A stretch of 64,000 nt of DNA. Origin: a bacterium. GTDB taxonomy: Bacteria; RBG-13-61-14; DATKZS01. This document shows, one piece after another, positions 41,101-49,629 of this stretch. Position numbers and translations under genes: made by a program. The DNA is taken from contig CAXXFL010000007.1 in assembly GCA_963674965.2 (NCBI GenBank), forward strand, positions 416,001 through 480,000, read 5' to 3'. The stretch's first letter is position 1, and every line of letters begins with the position of its first letter. The notes below the pieces were generated by a model. The model saw only the letters and a program-made list of their open reading frames with translations, did not search any database and was not told where the DNA came from.

Positions 41101-44100
41101 CTCGTGTACTTACGCGAGGGCCTTTATATGCGAGGACGGAACACACCTGGATCCTAACGACCCCGATTCCGACGGAGGGGGCGAAGAGGACGGGCTCGAG
41201 TTGTATCTGGGCAAGGACCCCCTCGACCCGGATGACGATTACGCCCACGGACCTATATCCATCGCCTACGCCGACTCGACGGAGAACCCGAAAAACTTGA
41301 ATCTCATCCTGGACGAAAACGGCAGGATATCCATTTTATATCACGTTGACTATTACTCCGGCGGGTACATCGACGAGATCAGGATTACGTCCTCAACTGA
41401 CGGTGGGGAAAGCTGGGGAGACTACCAGATGGTATGGACCGAGACCGGATGGGAAGGCGTAACCTTCTACGACGCCGCCGTCCTAGCCCCCAACAGCGTC
41501 ATGTTCATGCTCGACTCCGACACCACGCTCTACTCCGGCATATACTCCGGGACCACCGTGACCGCGCTGTCCGTCATTACCAGGGAATTCTCCGACGTCG
41601 AGGACCCCGCCACCCTCTCCGTCATCGGGGCCAATACCGTCATGGCCGTGTTCAACGCCTGGCCGCCTCCCGAGGCCGCTAACCAGGCCATCCAGGTCTA
41701 CTACGCCATATGGACCTCGTCCGGCGGATGGGGACCGGTCAGCATGCTCTCGGACCAGTACGCCGCCAACGAGGGTGCATTGTATCCGACCACCTACGTG
41801 TCGGCCGACGGCAAGGTGCACGTAGTGTACGAGGCCCTGGTCTACACGCCGGAGGGAGACAGGTCGGAGGTTTATTACAGGTGCTGGGATGGGTCCTCAT
41901 GGTCGCCCGAGGAAATAGTAATGGTCGATACTGACGGCCAGTTGGCCTACGCCACCATTACCGTAAGTGAAAACGGCGAGAGACACGTGCAGACCAACAG
42001 GATCAGCATCGAGGGAGTATTATACAGCGTCCTCTACGCCAATTACGACGGGGACGAGTGGACAGAGCCCATCTTCCTGGGAGGAGACTTCTATCTGTCC
42101 ATGCCCTATGGACTCGTGTCCGAGAGAATTACCGAGACACATCCGCAAATTCTGCATTCCTTCGCCATAGCCCCCGAAAGCGGCCTCAACCAGGTCTACA
42201 GGATTTCCCGGTTCAATAAATACTGGACCAAACCCATACTGTTCCTGCCCAACCATGAGCCGGCCGAGACCTTGGCCGACCCCTACGGGACCATCCACAT
42301 GATCGGGGAAATAGCTGGAGCCGATAGAAGAATCTTCTACACCAGCTACTACTACCCCGACACCGACCTTGACGGCATTACCGACGACGGCGAGTATTAC
42401 AACGGCTCCGACATGGACAACCCCGACTCCGATGGGGACGGTCTGACCGATTACGAGGAGCTCATTATTACCGATACCGACCCCAACTCCGAGGACACCG
42501 ACTCCGACGGGCTCCTCGACGCCGATGAGGTCGCCTCCGGCACCGACCCCAACCTGTGGGACTCCGACTCCGACGGACTCCCGGACGCATGGGAAGTCCT
42601 CGCCGGGACCAGCGCCCTCATCGACGACAATACCGCCGATCCCGATGGAGACGGACTCACCAACTACCAGGAGTTCAGCTACAATACCGATCCCATCAAC
42701 CCCGAGCCCATACCATCATCAACCTGCTCCGCGCCCGAGTACTACAACGGGAACTCCATTCCAGTCCAATATTCATGCGACACATATATCGCCGAGCTCG
42801 ACCTTTACGTCAGCTTCAACTCCTCTCCCTTCATTAACATGGCGGCCTTCGGATATACCCATTCCTGCGTGGGATTGCAGTTCTTCTTCACGCCATATTG
42901 GGGGGACGGCACTTACCAGTTCGCCACCAGGGCAAGGATCGGAGACGCCCTCCTCGAGGAAGTACCAACCGCGGCCGAGACCACCTGCATTCTCGACAGG
43001 CAAAAACCATCGTTGCCAACGCCGGACGACGACGGAGACTATACCAGCATCGTCTCAAGCATTAACGCCTACGCCGAGGCCACGGACCAGGGACTGGCCG
43101 GAATTGATAACTACTATTACGCCATCGGGACCTCGGCTTATCCAAACTCCGGATGGAACTCCGTTATCACCTGGAACTGGGATGACGGTGACGGCGACGT
43201 CCACCACGTGTTCGGCACGACAACCCTTGACTATAATGAGACCTATTACGTCACCGTCGGGGCCATCGACCTGGCGGGTAATACGAGCCAGCCTCAATCC
43301 ACCAACGGAATAGTCGTGGACGTTACGCCGCCCGCCGTTCCGGTCGTGATCGACGACGGGACTTATACGGGTTACACCGACCGCTTTCACGCGACGTGGA
43401 CGTGCGGGGGGGACAGCGTTTCGGGCATAGTGAGATACTACTACGCCATCGGGACGTCCGTTGGCTCGACGGTGATTGCGGGTTGGACCTCTAATGCCAC
43501 GCTGACGGAGGTGACCAGGTTCGGGCTCGAGCTCGAGGACGGGTCGAGTTACTTTATCGGGGTGAGGGCCGTTAACGGGGCGGGGCTTACGAGCGTGGGG
43601 TGGTCCGATGGGATACTCGTCGACTCGAGGGGGCCGGAGATCGCCTGGTCGTCGCCGGCGCATCGGGAGATCGTGAACGACGACATGCCGCCCGTGGACT
43701 TGCCGGTCAGTATAAACTTCATCGACCCGGGCGGGGCGGGGATCGACTGGGCGAGCCTCGAGATGGTGCTCGACTTCAGCACCGTGCAGAGCTTCAGCCA
43801 GGACGGGGACACGGTGAGCTTCGACGCGCTGGCCCTCGACCTGGGCAACCACGTGGTGAACGTGCAGGTCGCGGACCTGGCGGGGAACGGTCTTAACCGG
43901 AACGTCATCTTCGTGGTCGAGGACCCGCGGCGGGTGATAATCAATCCGGTATACGTGGAATGGGCCCCGGGCGACGGGGACGCGACCTTCGTGGCCGACG
44001 GCGGCACCGGCGCGTACCGGTGGGCGGCGACGGGCGGGGCGCTCGATTCCTTCACCGGGGCCGAGGTTGTCTTCACGCCGGGCCCCGAGGCGGGGGCCTA

Positions 44101-47100
44101 CGTGGTGGCGGTTTCTGACGCCAAGCTGGTGAGCGCGCAGGCGACGATCATCATCTCTGGCGAGGTCGAGGTGGCCCCGGCGGTGGTCCGCCTGAGCGCG
44201 GGCTCGGCGGCGACCTTCACCGCCTCGGGCGGTAGCGGCGACTTCAGTTGGACGGTCAACGGCGGCTCTTGCGTATTGTCGGGCGACCGTGATGAAACGT
44301 GTTCGTATACGGCCTTCGAGTCGAGCGGGCAGTACTCGGTGAAGGCGCAGGCGGGCTCGGGCGAGAGCTTCACCAGCCGCGTGATCGTCACCGATCCGGT
44401 GGGCCGGGCCATCGTGGTGGTGGGCGGCGGCCTGGTGGACTCGAACCGTCAGGTCGAGGCTCTGAACTCCCTTGGCCACCTCGCCTACGAGACCCTTTTG
44501 GCTCGCGGCTTCGAGCCGGACCAGATCATGTACCTCAATCCCGACGCGACCCAGGCCTACGACGGCGACGGCGACGGCTACGCGGACGACGTGGACGGCG
44601 CGCCCACCCCGGCCGCTCTGCAGGCGGCCATCCTGGATTGGGCCACCGCCGACCTGGGGGTGGACAACCCGGGCGTGGGTCCGGGCGTGCCGCTCATTAT
44701 CTACATGGTCGACCACGGCGGCGACGACTCGTTCCTCATCAACTTCACGGCCGCGGGCGCGGGCCAGGAGGTGACCCCCACCCAGCTCGACTCGTGGATC
44801 GACGCGGTGCAGGGGGGCGACACCTCGAACCCGAACGGGGTAGACGTGGTGGTGATTTACGACGCCTGCCGGTCGGGCAGCTTCCTGGACGAGGTGGGCG
44901 GCGGCGGTTCCGACCGTATCGTGATCACCAGCTCGGCGTCCTCGGAGAGCGCATACTTTGGCGTATCGGGCACGATCAGCTTCAGCCAGTTTTTCTGGCA
45001 GCGGGTCCGGACGGGCGCCACTCTCAAGTCGGCCTTCAACGACGCGGCGGCGGCGCTGGCCACCTGGGCCACGCAGACGCCGTGGCTGGACGACAACGGG
45101 AGCGGGACTTACGCGGCCACCGGCGACGGCAAGGACGGCGACGTTGCGGACCTTTTCGTGGTGGGCGCGGACTTCGTGACCGGCGCGGTGCTTCCCGAGC
45201 TGACACCTCGCGGCGACGCGCTGCTCGAGGGCGACAGCCTGGATATTTACTCGGGCATACTTTACGCCAGCTCGAGCGAGATATCGGCCATGTTCGCCAT
45301 TTTGACGCCGCCTGGCTTCTCACCTCCCCAGTCGGAGGGCAACTTCGACACGCCCTGGCTGGAGGACGAGGAGGGCAATCCCCTGCCTCGCGTTTACCTC
45401 GAGTACTCGAGCGCGACGGACGACTGGCGGCGTCGGCTGGACTCGGCCGAGCTGGCCGAGCTGTTCACGGTCAACGGCCGATATACTGCAACGTTATACG
45501 CGATCGATCTCGAGGGCCGGGTGACGGCGGCGGCGGAGTTCTCGATCACGGTGTTCGGCCCGGACCCTTACGAGGACGACGACTGGTGGAGCTCCGGCTC
45601 GAGCGTCGAGGTTAACTCGAGCTCGGCGCAGGCCCACAACTTCCACGACTCGGGCGACCGTGACTGGGTGAAGTTCTCCGTGGCCTTTGGGGACACGGGA
45701 TATTACTCTGTGTATACGGAGAACCTGGCGGACCGCTGCGACACGGTGATCGAGCTTTACGGCTACTCGGTGGCCGGCTCGACGGTGGTCCCCATCGCGT
45801 TCGACGACGACTCGGGCCAGGACGGCGGCGGCTCGAGCCGTATTTTCATGTACCTGTCCGAGGGTCTTTATTACGCTGAAGTATATCAATACGGCGACAC
45901 TATCGGGGGCCAGGACACGGAGTACGACCTCCGGGTGGACCACGACGAGGGCGACTACGGCTCGGTCGAGGGCTACGTGACGGACTCGGTGACGGGCTTC
46001 GGGGTGCAGGGCGCGAACGTGATCGTGATCCTTGGCGGTCCTCCCCGCGTGGCCACCACCGGGGCGGGCGGCTATTACAAGCTCTCGAGCCTCCTGGCGG
46101 GCTCTGGATATCCCATGCAGGTGCAGGCGGCGAACTTCACCACCTGGTCGGGGACGGTGAACGTTGGCGTGAACCAGACCACCAGGAAGGACGTGGTGCT
46201 GGCGGCGAAGACCGGCACCTCGGGCGTGCTGATGGGCCACGTTTACGGTCACGGCGGCGCGCCGCTGGTGGGGGTCGGGCTCGAGGTCTCGGGCAAGTCC
46301 GTGGTGAGCGAGGCGGGCGGCCTTTACTCGATCCGTCTTGCTCCCGGAGCGGCCTACGTTTATTCGAGCTGGCCGGGCTACGAGCCGTACCTCGAGGAGG
46401 GGCTAATGGTTGTGGCCGGCGATACCACGGTGCATGAGGTGTCGCTCGAGCCGGTGGACACCGACGGCGACGGCCTTCCGGACTGGATCGAGACCTCGGG
46501 CTGCACTGACGAGTCCGAGGCGGACTCGGACGGCGACGGCTTATGCGACGGCGATACCGCGGTGTATGACGGCGCGACGATTATCTGCTCGGCGGGCGAG
46601 GACATGGATCTTGACGGCGAGGTCGGGGCCTCGGAGACCGACCCCTGCGACGACGACTCGGACGGCGACCTCCTCGGCGACGGCGACGAGGCGCTGACTT
46701 ACGGCACGGACCCGCTCGAGGTTGACACGGACTCGGACGGCCTCGGCGACCGCCTCGAGGCGGTGGTCGTAAGCTGCCTCGATCCGACTGACGACGACAC
46801 GGACGACGACGGCCTTCTGGACGGAACGTCGAGCGGCGAGGACAAGGACGGCGACGGGGTTGTTGACGCGACGGAGACGAGCCCTTGCCTTTTCGATACG
46901 GATACGGATACGCTGGGCGACGGCGCGGAGGTGACGGTATACGGCACGGACCCGCTCGAGGTTGACACGGACTCGGACGGCCTGAGCGACGGGCTCGAGG
47001 TCCCCTGGTGCACGTCGCCCACGGACGAGGACAGCGACGGTGACGGGCTTCTGGACGGCACGCCGAGCGGGGAGGACAAGGACGGCGACGGGGTGGTGGA

Positions 47101-48223
47101 CGCGACCGAGACCAACCCCTGCGCCTTTGACAGCGACTCGGACGGCATCGGCGACGGGCTCGAGCTTGGGACTTACGGCACCAACCCGCTTAGGCAGGAT
47201 ACTGATTCGGATGGGATCGGCGACTACGTCGAGGCGGTCTCGAGCGCCTGTCTCGACGCTACGGAGGCGGACACCGACGGCGACGGCCTTCTCGACGGGA
47301 CCATATTCGGTGAGGACAAGGACGGCGACGGCGTGGTGGACCCGGGCGAGACCAACCCCTGCCTCGAGGACAGCGACGAGGACGGGCTCGGTGACGACGA
47401 GGAGCCGGGGCTGGGCCTGGACCCCCTCGAGTGGGACACGGACGGCGACGCTCTTCCCGACGGCTACGAGGTGGCGAACTCGAGCGGCCATGCCTTGAAC
47501 CTCGATCCGCTCGACCCGGCTGACGGCTGCGCGTCTGACTTTGACGGCGACGGCAACGCCAACTGCCACGAGTATTACAACGGCACGGACATTTGGTCGG
47601 AGAACGTGACGGGCGGCTCGGCCTGCTTCAGCTGGGCGGACTCGGGGAGCACGGTCAGCGCCGACGGCCTGGTTTCGCCCCTGGACCTCGGCGCCTTGAA
47701 CGCCCGCGCGTCGCTGAAGGACGCGTCCTACACGGGCGTGCTCCCACCCAACGGCGACTCGCAGGAGCTCGATATGGACGAGATTATCTCGGCGCTCGAC
47801 CTGGCGGTCCTGCGCCAGATGGTGGCCAACCTCTCCACCTCCGGCAACCCCAGCCGTCCGGTCGCCCTCGAGGTTTACGGCGACACGGCGGTCACGGCCG
47901 AGGTGGGAAGCACGGTGCGGATCGAGCTGGGCGCGCTCAACCAGGGCGGCAAGCACACCTCGAGCCTCGGAATCATCTTCACCATCGACCCCTCCTCGAC
48001 CGCCTCGGCCACCCTCCTCGGCGGCGACGGCTCGGCCTCGAGCGGCCGCTACGACGTGACCGGCCCCATCGCCACCGGCGGCCGCTCCGCCATCGTCCTC
48101 CTCCCCACCGCCCCCGGCGCCCTCCTCCTCAACGCCCACCTCCCCCCATGCGGCGTTGACGGAAAAGGCCGCTACTGCGAAGAGCTGATCAAACAGCCCC
48201 TGGTAACGGTGACGGTGGAGTAG
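35144..48223 (+). CDS. Giant secreted multidomain protein 3 (~4359 aa): DxDxDG repeats, C-type lectin, Asp-box/propeller regions, FN3/Ig-like domains, C13/caspase-like peptidase, PPC and carboxypeptidase-regulatory-like domains, C-terminal dockerin-like plus Ig-like module
   Basis: ATG 35144 after GGGAGA; signal peptide ALA-Q; WVGLND...EPND...C lectin motifs; SSTDGGESW; YMVDHGG and YDACRSG; shared C-terminus. Confidence 0.88.
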   Translation: MMKRLRTAFVLAMFFFLFGLTQSALAQDSDGDGIFDYWERLHPCLDPEVDDSSLDPDSDGMTSLAEYQYSTLMDPCTADSDGGGEIDGDEVAGNRHPLNQWDDLTVTYTGAGAVSHYQPLREDYQDSRSQYIYPASVFGDSGTIRSFAIYLSTVPGSTIEDFTIRMKHTDKLSYGTQSEWEGPDSGWTTVYHLDTKISSTGWYFFNFSTPFQYNGEDNVMVDFSFYQNSAVSSGYCRYSGLGYWSILYNRSNGVFGDPLLFEGDYPPIDNNYTYRSMSMVNLQILTRKTDSDGDWLPDAWEENYSCMMASTADSGSDYDSDGLDNEEEFNFATDPCNPDTDGGGESDYDEFDNGRDPLNELDDVIFAETGTGTVSFQQPLRTGYHESRTQQIYLASEIGGAGAINTLSLNVSVVPGQTAENFTIRMKHTDLDLFSTIAFDGPDSGWTTVFQDDVKVSSTGWIQFDLSTPFIYNGTDNLMVDFSFDNSSATTDGRVWSSSVGSIRSIYYRSNSNAYGDPLDWPTASLPTPYTSTYLNNMRMTIVNPGDADFDGLTNGQEILIGTDPYYPDTDQDGIRDGWENSYGTDPLVRDSNQDPDADGLTNLSEYMAGTSPQLSDSDGGGVGDSVEMRGGYDPTDSLEEYAGREILLGGTSSGNWTAAGRARGNKLRVTQPAVLRSFSQYLSVPAGSEIYFTIYEGDTLDGVYDKIWQKKFTPESGGEGWYDSGPIDAHLDAGKFYSIMAIWGSTYSVTYYGGTEYSLPGLSTFFGEVVYGAFLNTVTMPPPDTESPGNNTPYFYYQKLNLCEKGCYPEKVAIFRDSTGYGMNDAALLDSRGVEYDVYTNSGIGVTDLSKYDKVIVHGYQSEAFYDKLEDNMYWVNQWVAAGGNFDFQGFTSTNRWHFIHRIPTNISSPNSDLVYSPQIMQPYHSLMIGVSPSSISPYYGRGKFGTWGGDPTHLISGSGTNPIHDVFDYGEGRTICTTIPVNLSSLPARAKNILRNMTLAEKDPPTCEGLDSVLAGSTANSSWMYYYNVGNKYYVSQDSVLVSFSGFLDPQPGKFLDCRVFEAKSPEDEFEEVYQRKVYTADGTADWYGPADMEVHLESGKYYAMTCGWGNDATYYYYETSPSFPLETEFGQLEYGASKAGFPLAKEIKISSSAKYMFRQRVVTRPSDCRGPDKDGDWIEDDVESILSTSSSSPDSDGDYMPDGWEEAFNLDPKFANGDEDEDGDGLTNLDEFAWGTYPTVRDTDLDGLNDDVEVLLAHTRPDNADSDADGMGDLSEFIEGTDPWDADSDDDELPDGWEFDNGLDPLVDVSPILDPDGDGLTNWQEYYYGTDPQSVDSDGDGISDVDEITLTLTIPWDADSDGDGMDDLWEIENGLDPLSDDSDQDPDSDTISNAMEYFLQTDPNDYDIDIDHDGLLNSFENQFGTDQQDPDTDGGLEWDGLEVMVGNDPNDDSDDRGWLPGSTVIVSDIYDFDFVTARTKGGDMHALWTQRDNPQEDRYGIYYSLYAAGWYAPTMLCATTVQGLDMVAYGSTVHVAWIRNGYDMWNDSVVYQARDRYGVWGSSVELAADSHYGVKLAANNLGEVYAFFGAAGGDTMLYRVRSSGVWAPAAEVPLDIYRYSNNNREFAVTADVSGNIHMAYEQLDDVPQTLWYTMFDRTAWTEPVNLANDMANTGAGRPRIVTDKDGDPHVLYIAAVSGDNELFYRNRKDGVWSDSEHIDAFAVAGAYDLGLDYYQNLYIASFSKFTAMAGFGMVGPIKYLPSSWNRANKLIVEQDVNRLHLFYNKTVSGDQDAHYHTILQYEDTDSDGLNDLQEFLMGSNPAMSDSDSDGLDDPTEFHYGSDPNLADSDDDGIIDGDETEIEMPFNCLEDGCSIAGCTLGHFDGHNYLACSGPLIWQNARDFCRAYGGDLASIEYYDEKEYLEEITSTTAWVGLNDMQIENRFEWSNGNPFAYKPWASNEPNDSGYNQDCAYISGVNGALYDYSCTYARAFICEDGTHLDPNDPDSDGGGEEDGLELYLGKDPLDPDDDYAHGPISIAYADSTENPKNLNLILDENGRISILYHVDYYSGGYIDEIRITSSTDGGESWGDYQMVWTETGWEGVTFYDAAVLAPNSVMFMLDSDTTLYSGIYSGTTVTALSVITREFSDVEDPATLSVIGANTVMAVFNAWPPPEAANQAIQVYYAIWTSSGGWGPVSMLSDQYAANEGALYPTTYVSADGKVHVVYEALVYTPEGDRSEVYYRCWDGSSWSPEEIVMVDTDGQLAYATITVSENGERHVQTNRISIEGVLYSVLYANYDGDEWTEPIFLGGDFYLSMPYGLVSERITETHPQILHSFAIAPESGLNQVYRISRFNKYWTKPILFLPNHEPAETLADPYGTIHMIGEIAGADRRIFYTSYYYPDTDLDGITDDGEYYNGSDMDNPDSDGDGLTDYEELIITDTDPNSEDTDSDGLLDADEVASGTDPNLWDSDSDGLPDAWEVLAGTSALIDDNTADPDGDGLTNYQEFSYNTDPINPEPIPSSTCSAPEYYNGNSIPVQYSCDTYIAELDLYVSFNSSPFINMAAFGYTHSCVGLQFFFTPYWGDGTYQFATRARIGDALLEEVPTAAETTCILDRQKPSLPTPDDDGDYTSIVSSINAYAEATDQGLAGIDNYYYAIGTSAYPNSGWNSVITWNWDDGDGDVHHVFGTTTLDYNETYYVTVGAIDLAGNTSQPQSTNGIVVDVTPPAVPVVIDDGTYTGYTDRFHATWTCGGDSVSGIVRYYYAIGTSVGSTVIAGWTSNATLTEVTRFGLELEDGSSYFIGVRAVNGAGLTSVGWSDGILVDSRGPEIAWSSPAHREIVNDDMPPVDLPVSINFIDPGGAGIDWASLEMVLDFSTVQSFSQDGDTVSFDALALDLGNHVVNVQVADLAGNGLNRNVIFVVEDPRRVIINPVYVEWAPGDGDATFVADGGTGAYRWAATGGALDSFTGAEVVFTPGPEAGAYVVAVSDAKLVSAQATIIISGEVEVAPAVVRLSAGSAATFTASGGSGDFSWTVNGGSCVLSGDRDETCSYTAFESSGQYSVKAQAGSGESFTSRVIVTDPVGRAIVVVGGGLVDSNRQVEALNSLGHLAYETLLARGFEPDQIMYLNPDATQAYDGDGDGYADDVDGAPTPAALQAAILDWATADLGVDNPGVGPGVPLIIYMVDHGGDDSFLINFTAAGAGQEVTPTQLDSWIDAVQGGDTSNPNGVDVVVIYDACRSGSFLDEVGGGGSDRIVITSSASSESAYFGVSGTISFSQFFWQRVRTGATLKSAFNDAAAALATWATQTPWLDDNGSGTYAATGDGKDGDVADLFVVGADFVTGAVLPELTPRGDALLEGDSLDIYSGILYASSSEISAMFAILTPPGFSPPQSEGNFDTPWLEDEEGNPLPRVYLEYSSATDDWRRRLDSAELAELFTVNGRYTATLYAIDLEGRVTAAAEFSITVFGPDPYEDDDWWSSGSSVEVNSSSAQAHNFHDSGDRDWVKFSVAFGDTGYYSVYTENLADRCDTVIELYGYSVAGSTVVPIAFDDDSGQDGGGSSRIFMYLSEGLYYAEVYQYGDTIGGQDTEYDLRVDHDEGDYGSVEGYVTDSVTGFGVQGANVIVILGGPPRVATTGAGGYYKLSSLLAGSGYPMQVQAANFTTWSGTVNVGVNQTTRKDVVLAAKTGTSGVLMGHVYGHGGAPLVGVGLEVSGKSVVSEAGGLYSIRLAPGAAYVYSSWPGYEPYLEEGLMVVAGDTTVHEVSLEPVDTDGDGLPDWIETSGCTDESEADSDGDGLCDGDTAVYDGATIICSAGEDMDLDGEVGASETDPCDDDSDGDLLGDGDEALTYGTDPLEVDTDSDGLGDRLEAVVVSCLDPTDDDTDDDGLLDGTSSGEDKDGDGVVDATETSPCLFDTDTDTLGDGAEVTVYGTDPLEVDTDSDGLSDGLEVPWCTSPTDEDSDGDGLLDGTPSGEDKDGDGVVDATETNPCAFDSDSDGIGDGLELGTYGTNPLRQDTDSDGIGDYVEAVSSACLDATEADTDGDGLLDGTIFGEDKDGDGVVDPGETNPCLEDSDEDGLGDDEEPGLGLDPLEWDTDGDALPDGYEVANSSGHALNLDPLDPADGCASDFDGDGNANCHEYYNGTDIWSENVTGGSACFSWADSGSTVSADGLVSPLDLGALNARASLKDASYTGVLPPNGDSQELDMDEIISALDLAVLRQMVANLSTSGNPSRPVALEVYGDTAVTAEVGSTVRIELGALNQGGKHTSSLGIIFTIDPSSTASATLLGGDGSASSGRYDVTGPIATGGRSAIVLLPTAPGALLLNAHLPPCGVDGKGRYCEELIKQPLVTVTVE

Positions 48224-48239
48224 AGGAGAATGAACAAAT

Positions 48240-48270
48240 CCCCAGTCTCCCCTCGAGAGGAGGCTGGGGA
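48240..48270. terminator. Hairpin between convergent genes, probably a bidirectional terminator
   Basis: CCCCAGTCTCC-cctcgaga-GGAGGCTGGGG. Confidence 0.65.
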
Positions 48271-48285
48271 TATTTAAATAGGGTT

Positions 48286-49470
48286 TTATCTCTTCTCGAT
48301 CGGGACGTAAGGCCGGTTGTGGTCGCCGATGTATTCCTGGGTGGGCCGGAATATCCTGTTGGCGCTTACCTGTTCAATCCAATGGGCGGCCCATCCGGCT
48401 ATTCTTGAGAGGGCGAAGATTGAGGTGAACATATCCACGGGGATGCCCAGCGCCTCGAGCACGATGCCGGAGTAGAAATCCACGTTCGGGTAGAGGCTTT
48501 TAGACCCCAGTTTCTGGGCGGTGCATTCCTCGAGTCTTTTGGCGATAGCGTAGAGCGTTTTCACCTCTTCTCCCGCCAGCTTGGCGACGACGTCGGAGAT
48601 GTATTCCTCGAGTATTTCAGCCCTTGGGTCTTTCACCTTGTAAACCCTGTGGCCGATACCCATGATCCTGTTTTTGGACGCGAGTTGTTCCTCGACGAAC
48701 TCCTGGACGTTGTCGGGATGCCCGATGGAATAGAGCATCCTGAGTACCCTCTCGTTGGCTCCTCCATGAGCGGTGCCGCTCAGGGCGCCGACGGCGCCGG
48801 ACACTGATGAGTAGATGCTGGCGTTGGTGGAGGCGATGGACCTGGTGACGAAGGTCGAGGCGTTCATGCTGTGCTCGGCGTGAAGGATGAGGAACCTGTC
48901 GAAGACCTTGGCGGCCAGCTTGTCGGGCGGCTCTCCTGTGAGCATGAAAAGGAAATTCTCGGCGTGAGTGTATTTTCCCACCGGCGGCAGCGGCTCCTCC
49001 CCGTGCCTGTACCTTTCGAAGGCGGCGATGATGGTGGGGAACTTCGCGATAAGCGCGATGGCCCTTCTCAAATTATGCTGGGCGCTGGAGGTGTCGTCGG
49101 CGTAGAAGTCGTCTCCCTGCAGAAGAGCGACCGAGGCCTGCAGGGCCAGCATGGGATGCATTCCCACCGGTAAGTCCTCAATGGTGTGCCTTATGGCGCG
49201 CGGGATGTGTCGCAGTTTGCTAAGGAGCATGGTGAACTGGCTGAATTCCCTCTCGCTGGGCAGATGGCTATAAAGAAGAAGATACGCCGTTTCCTCGAAC
49301 GAACTGTAAGTGGCGAGTTCCTTAACGTTTATCCCCCGATACTCGAGCACTCCTTCTTTTCCGTTGACGTGGCATATACTGGATTTAGTGGCGACGACCC
49401 CCTCGAGACCGGGCTTGTATTTGCTCGCCGGCGCCGTCTCTTTTTTCTTTGTCGTTTTAATTTCGGCCAT
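48286..49470 (-). CDS. gltA: Citrate synthase
   Basis: PGLEGVVA, LHAEHSMNASTF, HGGANE, GIGHRVYKVKDPRA, YPNVDFYSG; ATG 49470 after GGAGG. Confidence 0.93.
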   Translation of the reverse strand: MAEIKTTKKKETAPASKYKPGLEGVVATKSSICHVNGKEGVLEYRGINVKELATYSSFEETAYLLLYSHLPSEREFSQFTMLLSKLRHIPRAIRHTIEDLPVGMHPMLALQASVALLQGDDFYADDTSSAQHNLRRAIALIAKFPTIIAAFERYRHGEEPLPPVGKYTHAENFLFMLTGEPPDKLAAKVFDRFLILHAEHSMNASTFVTRSIASTNASIYSSVSGAVGALSGTAHGGANERVLRMLYSIGHPDNVQEFVEEQLASKNRIMGIGHRVYKVKDPRAEILEEYISDVVAKLAGEEVKTLYAIAKRLEECTAQKLGSKSLYPNVDFYSGIVLEALGIPVDMFTSIFALSRIAGWAAHWIEQVSANRIFRPTQEYIGDHNRPYVPIEKR

Positions 49471-49629
49471 TTTAACCTCCGGGACTTTCATTATATTGAG
49501 CATTATTATCGTATATATTTTATTATGGTTCAATTTCATTTCGTGAAAGCATAACGCGACATGAGACTTTCGCGGGAAAGTAGTTCTTGATCGGAGTATA
49601 CCCGGACGGCATGCACGTGGCGTATTCAC

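Noticed and set aside
43055-48139. Long antisense or alternate-frame ORFs (43055-44716, 44299-45615, 46541-48139; likewise 56508-58319, 6453-7694, 17289-18401)
   Set aside because: Shadow ORFs expected from high-GC codon bias opposite or overlapping well-supported genes; no recognisable motifs
35144-48223. RTX/T1SS, autotransporter or T9SS substrate
   Set aside because: No GGxGxDxL nonapeptide arrays, no C-terminal beta-barrel ending in an aromatic residue, no T9SS CTD motif; a Sec signal is present
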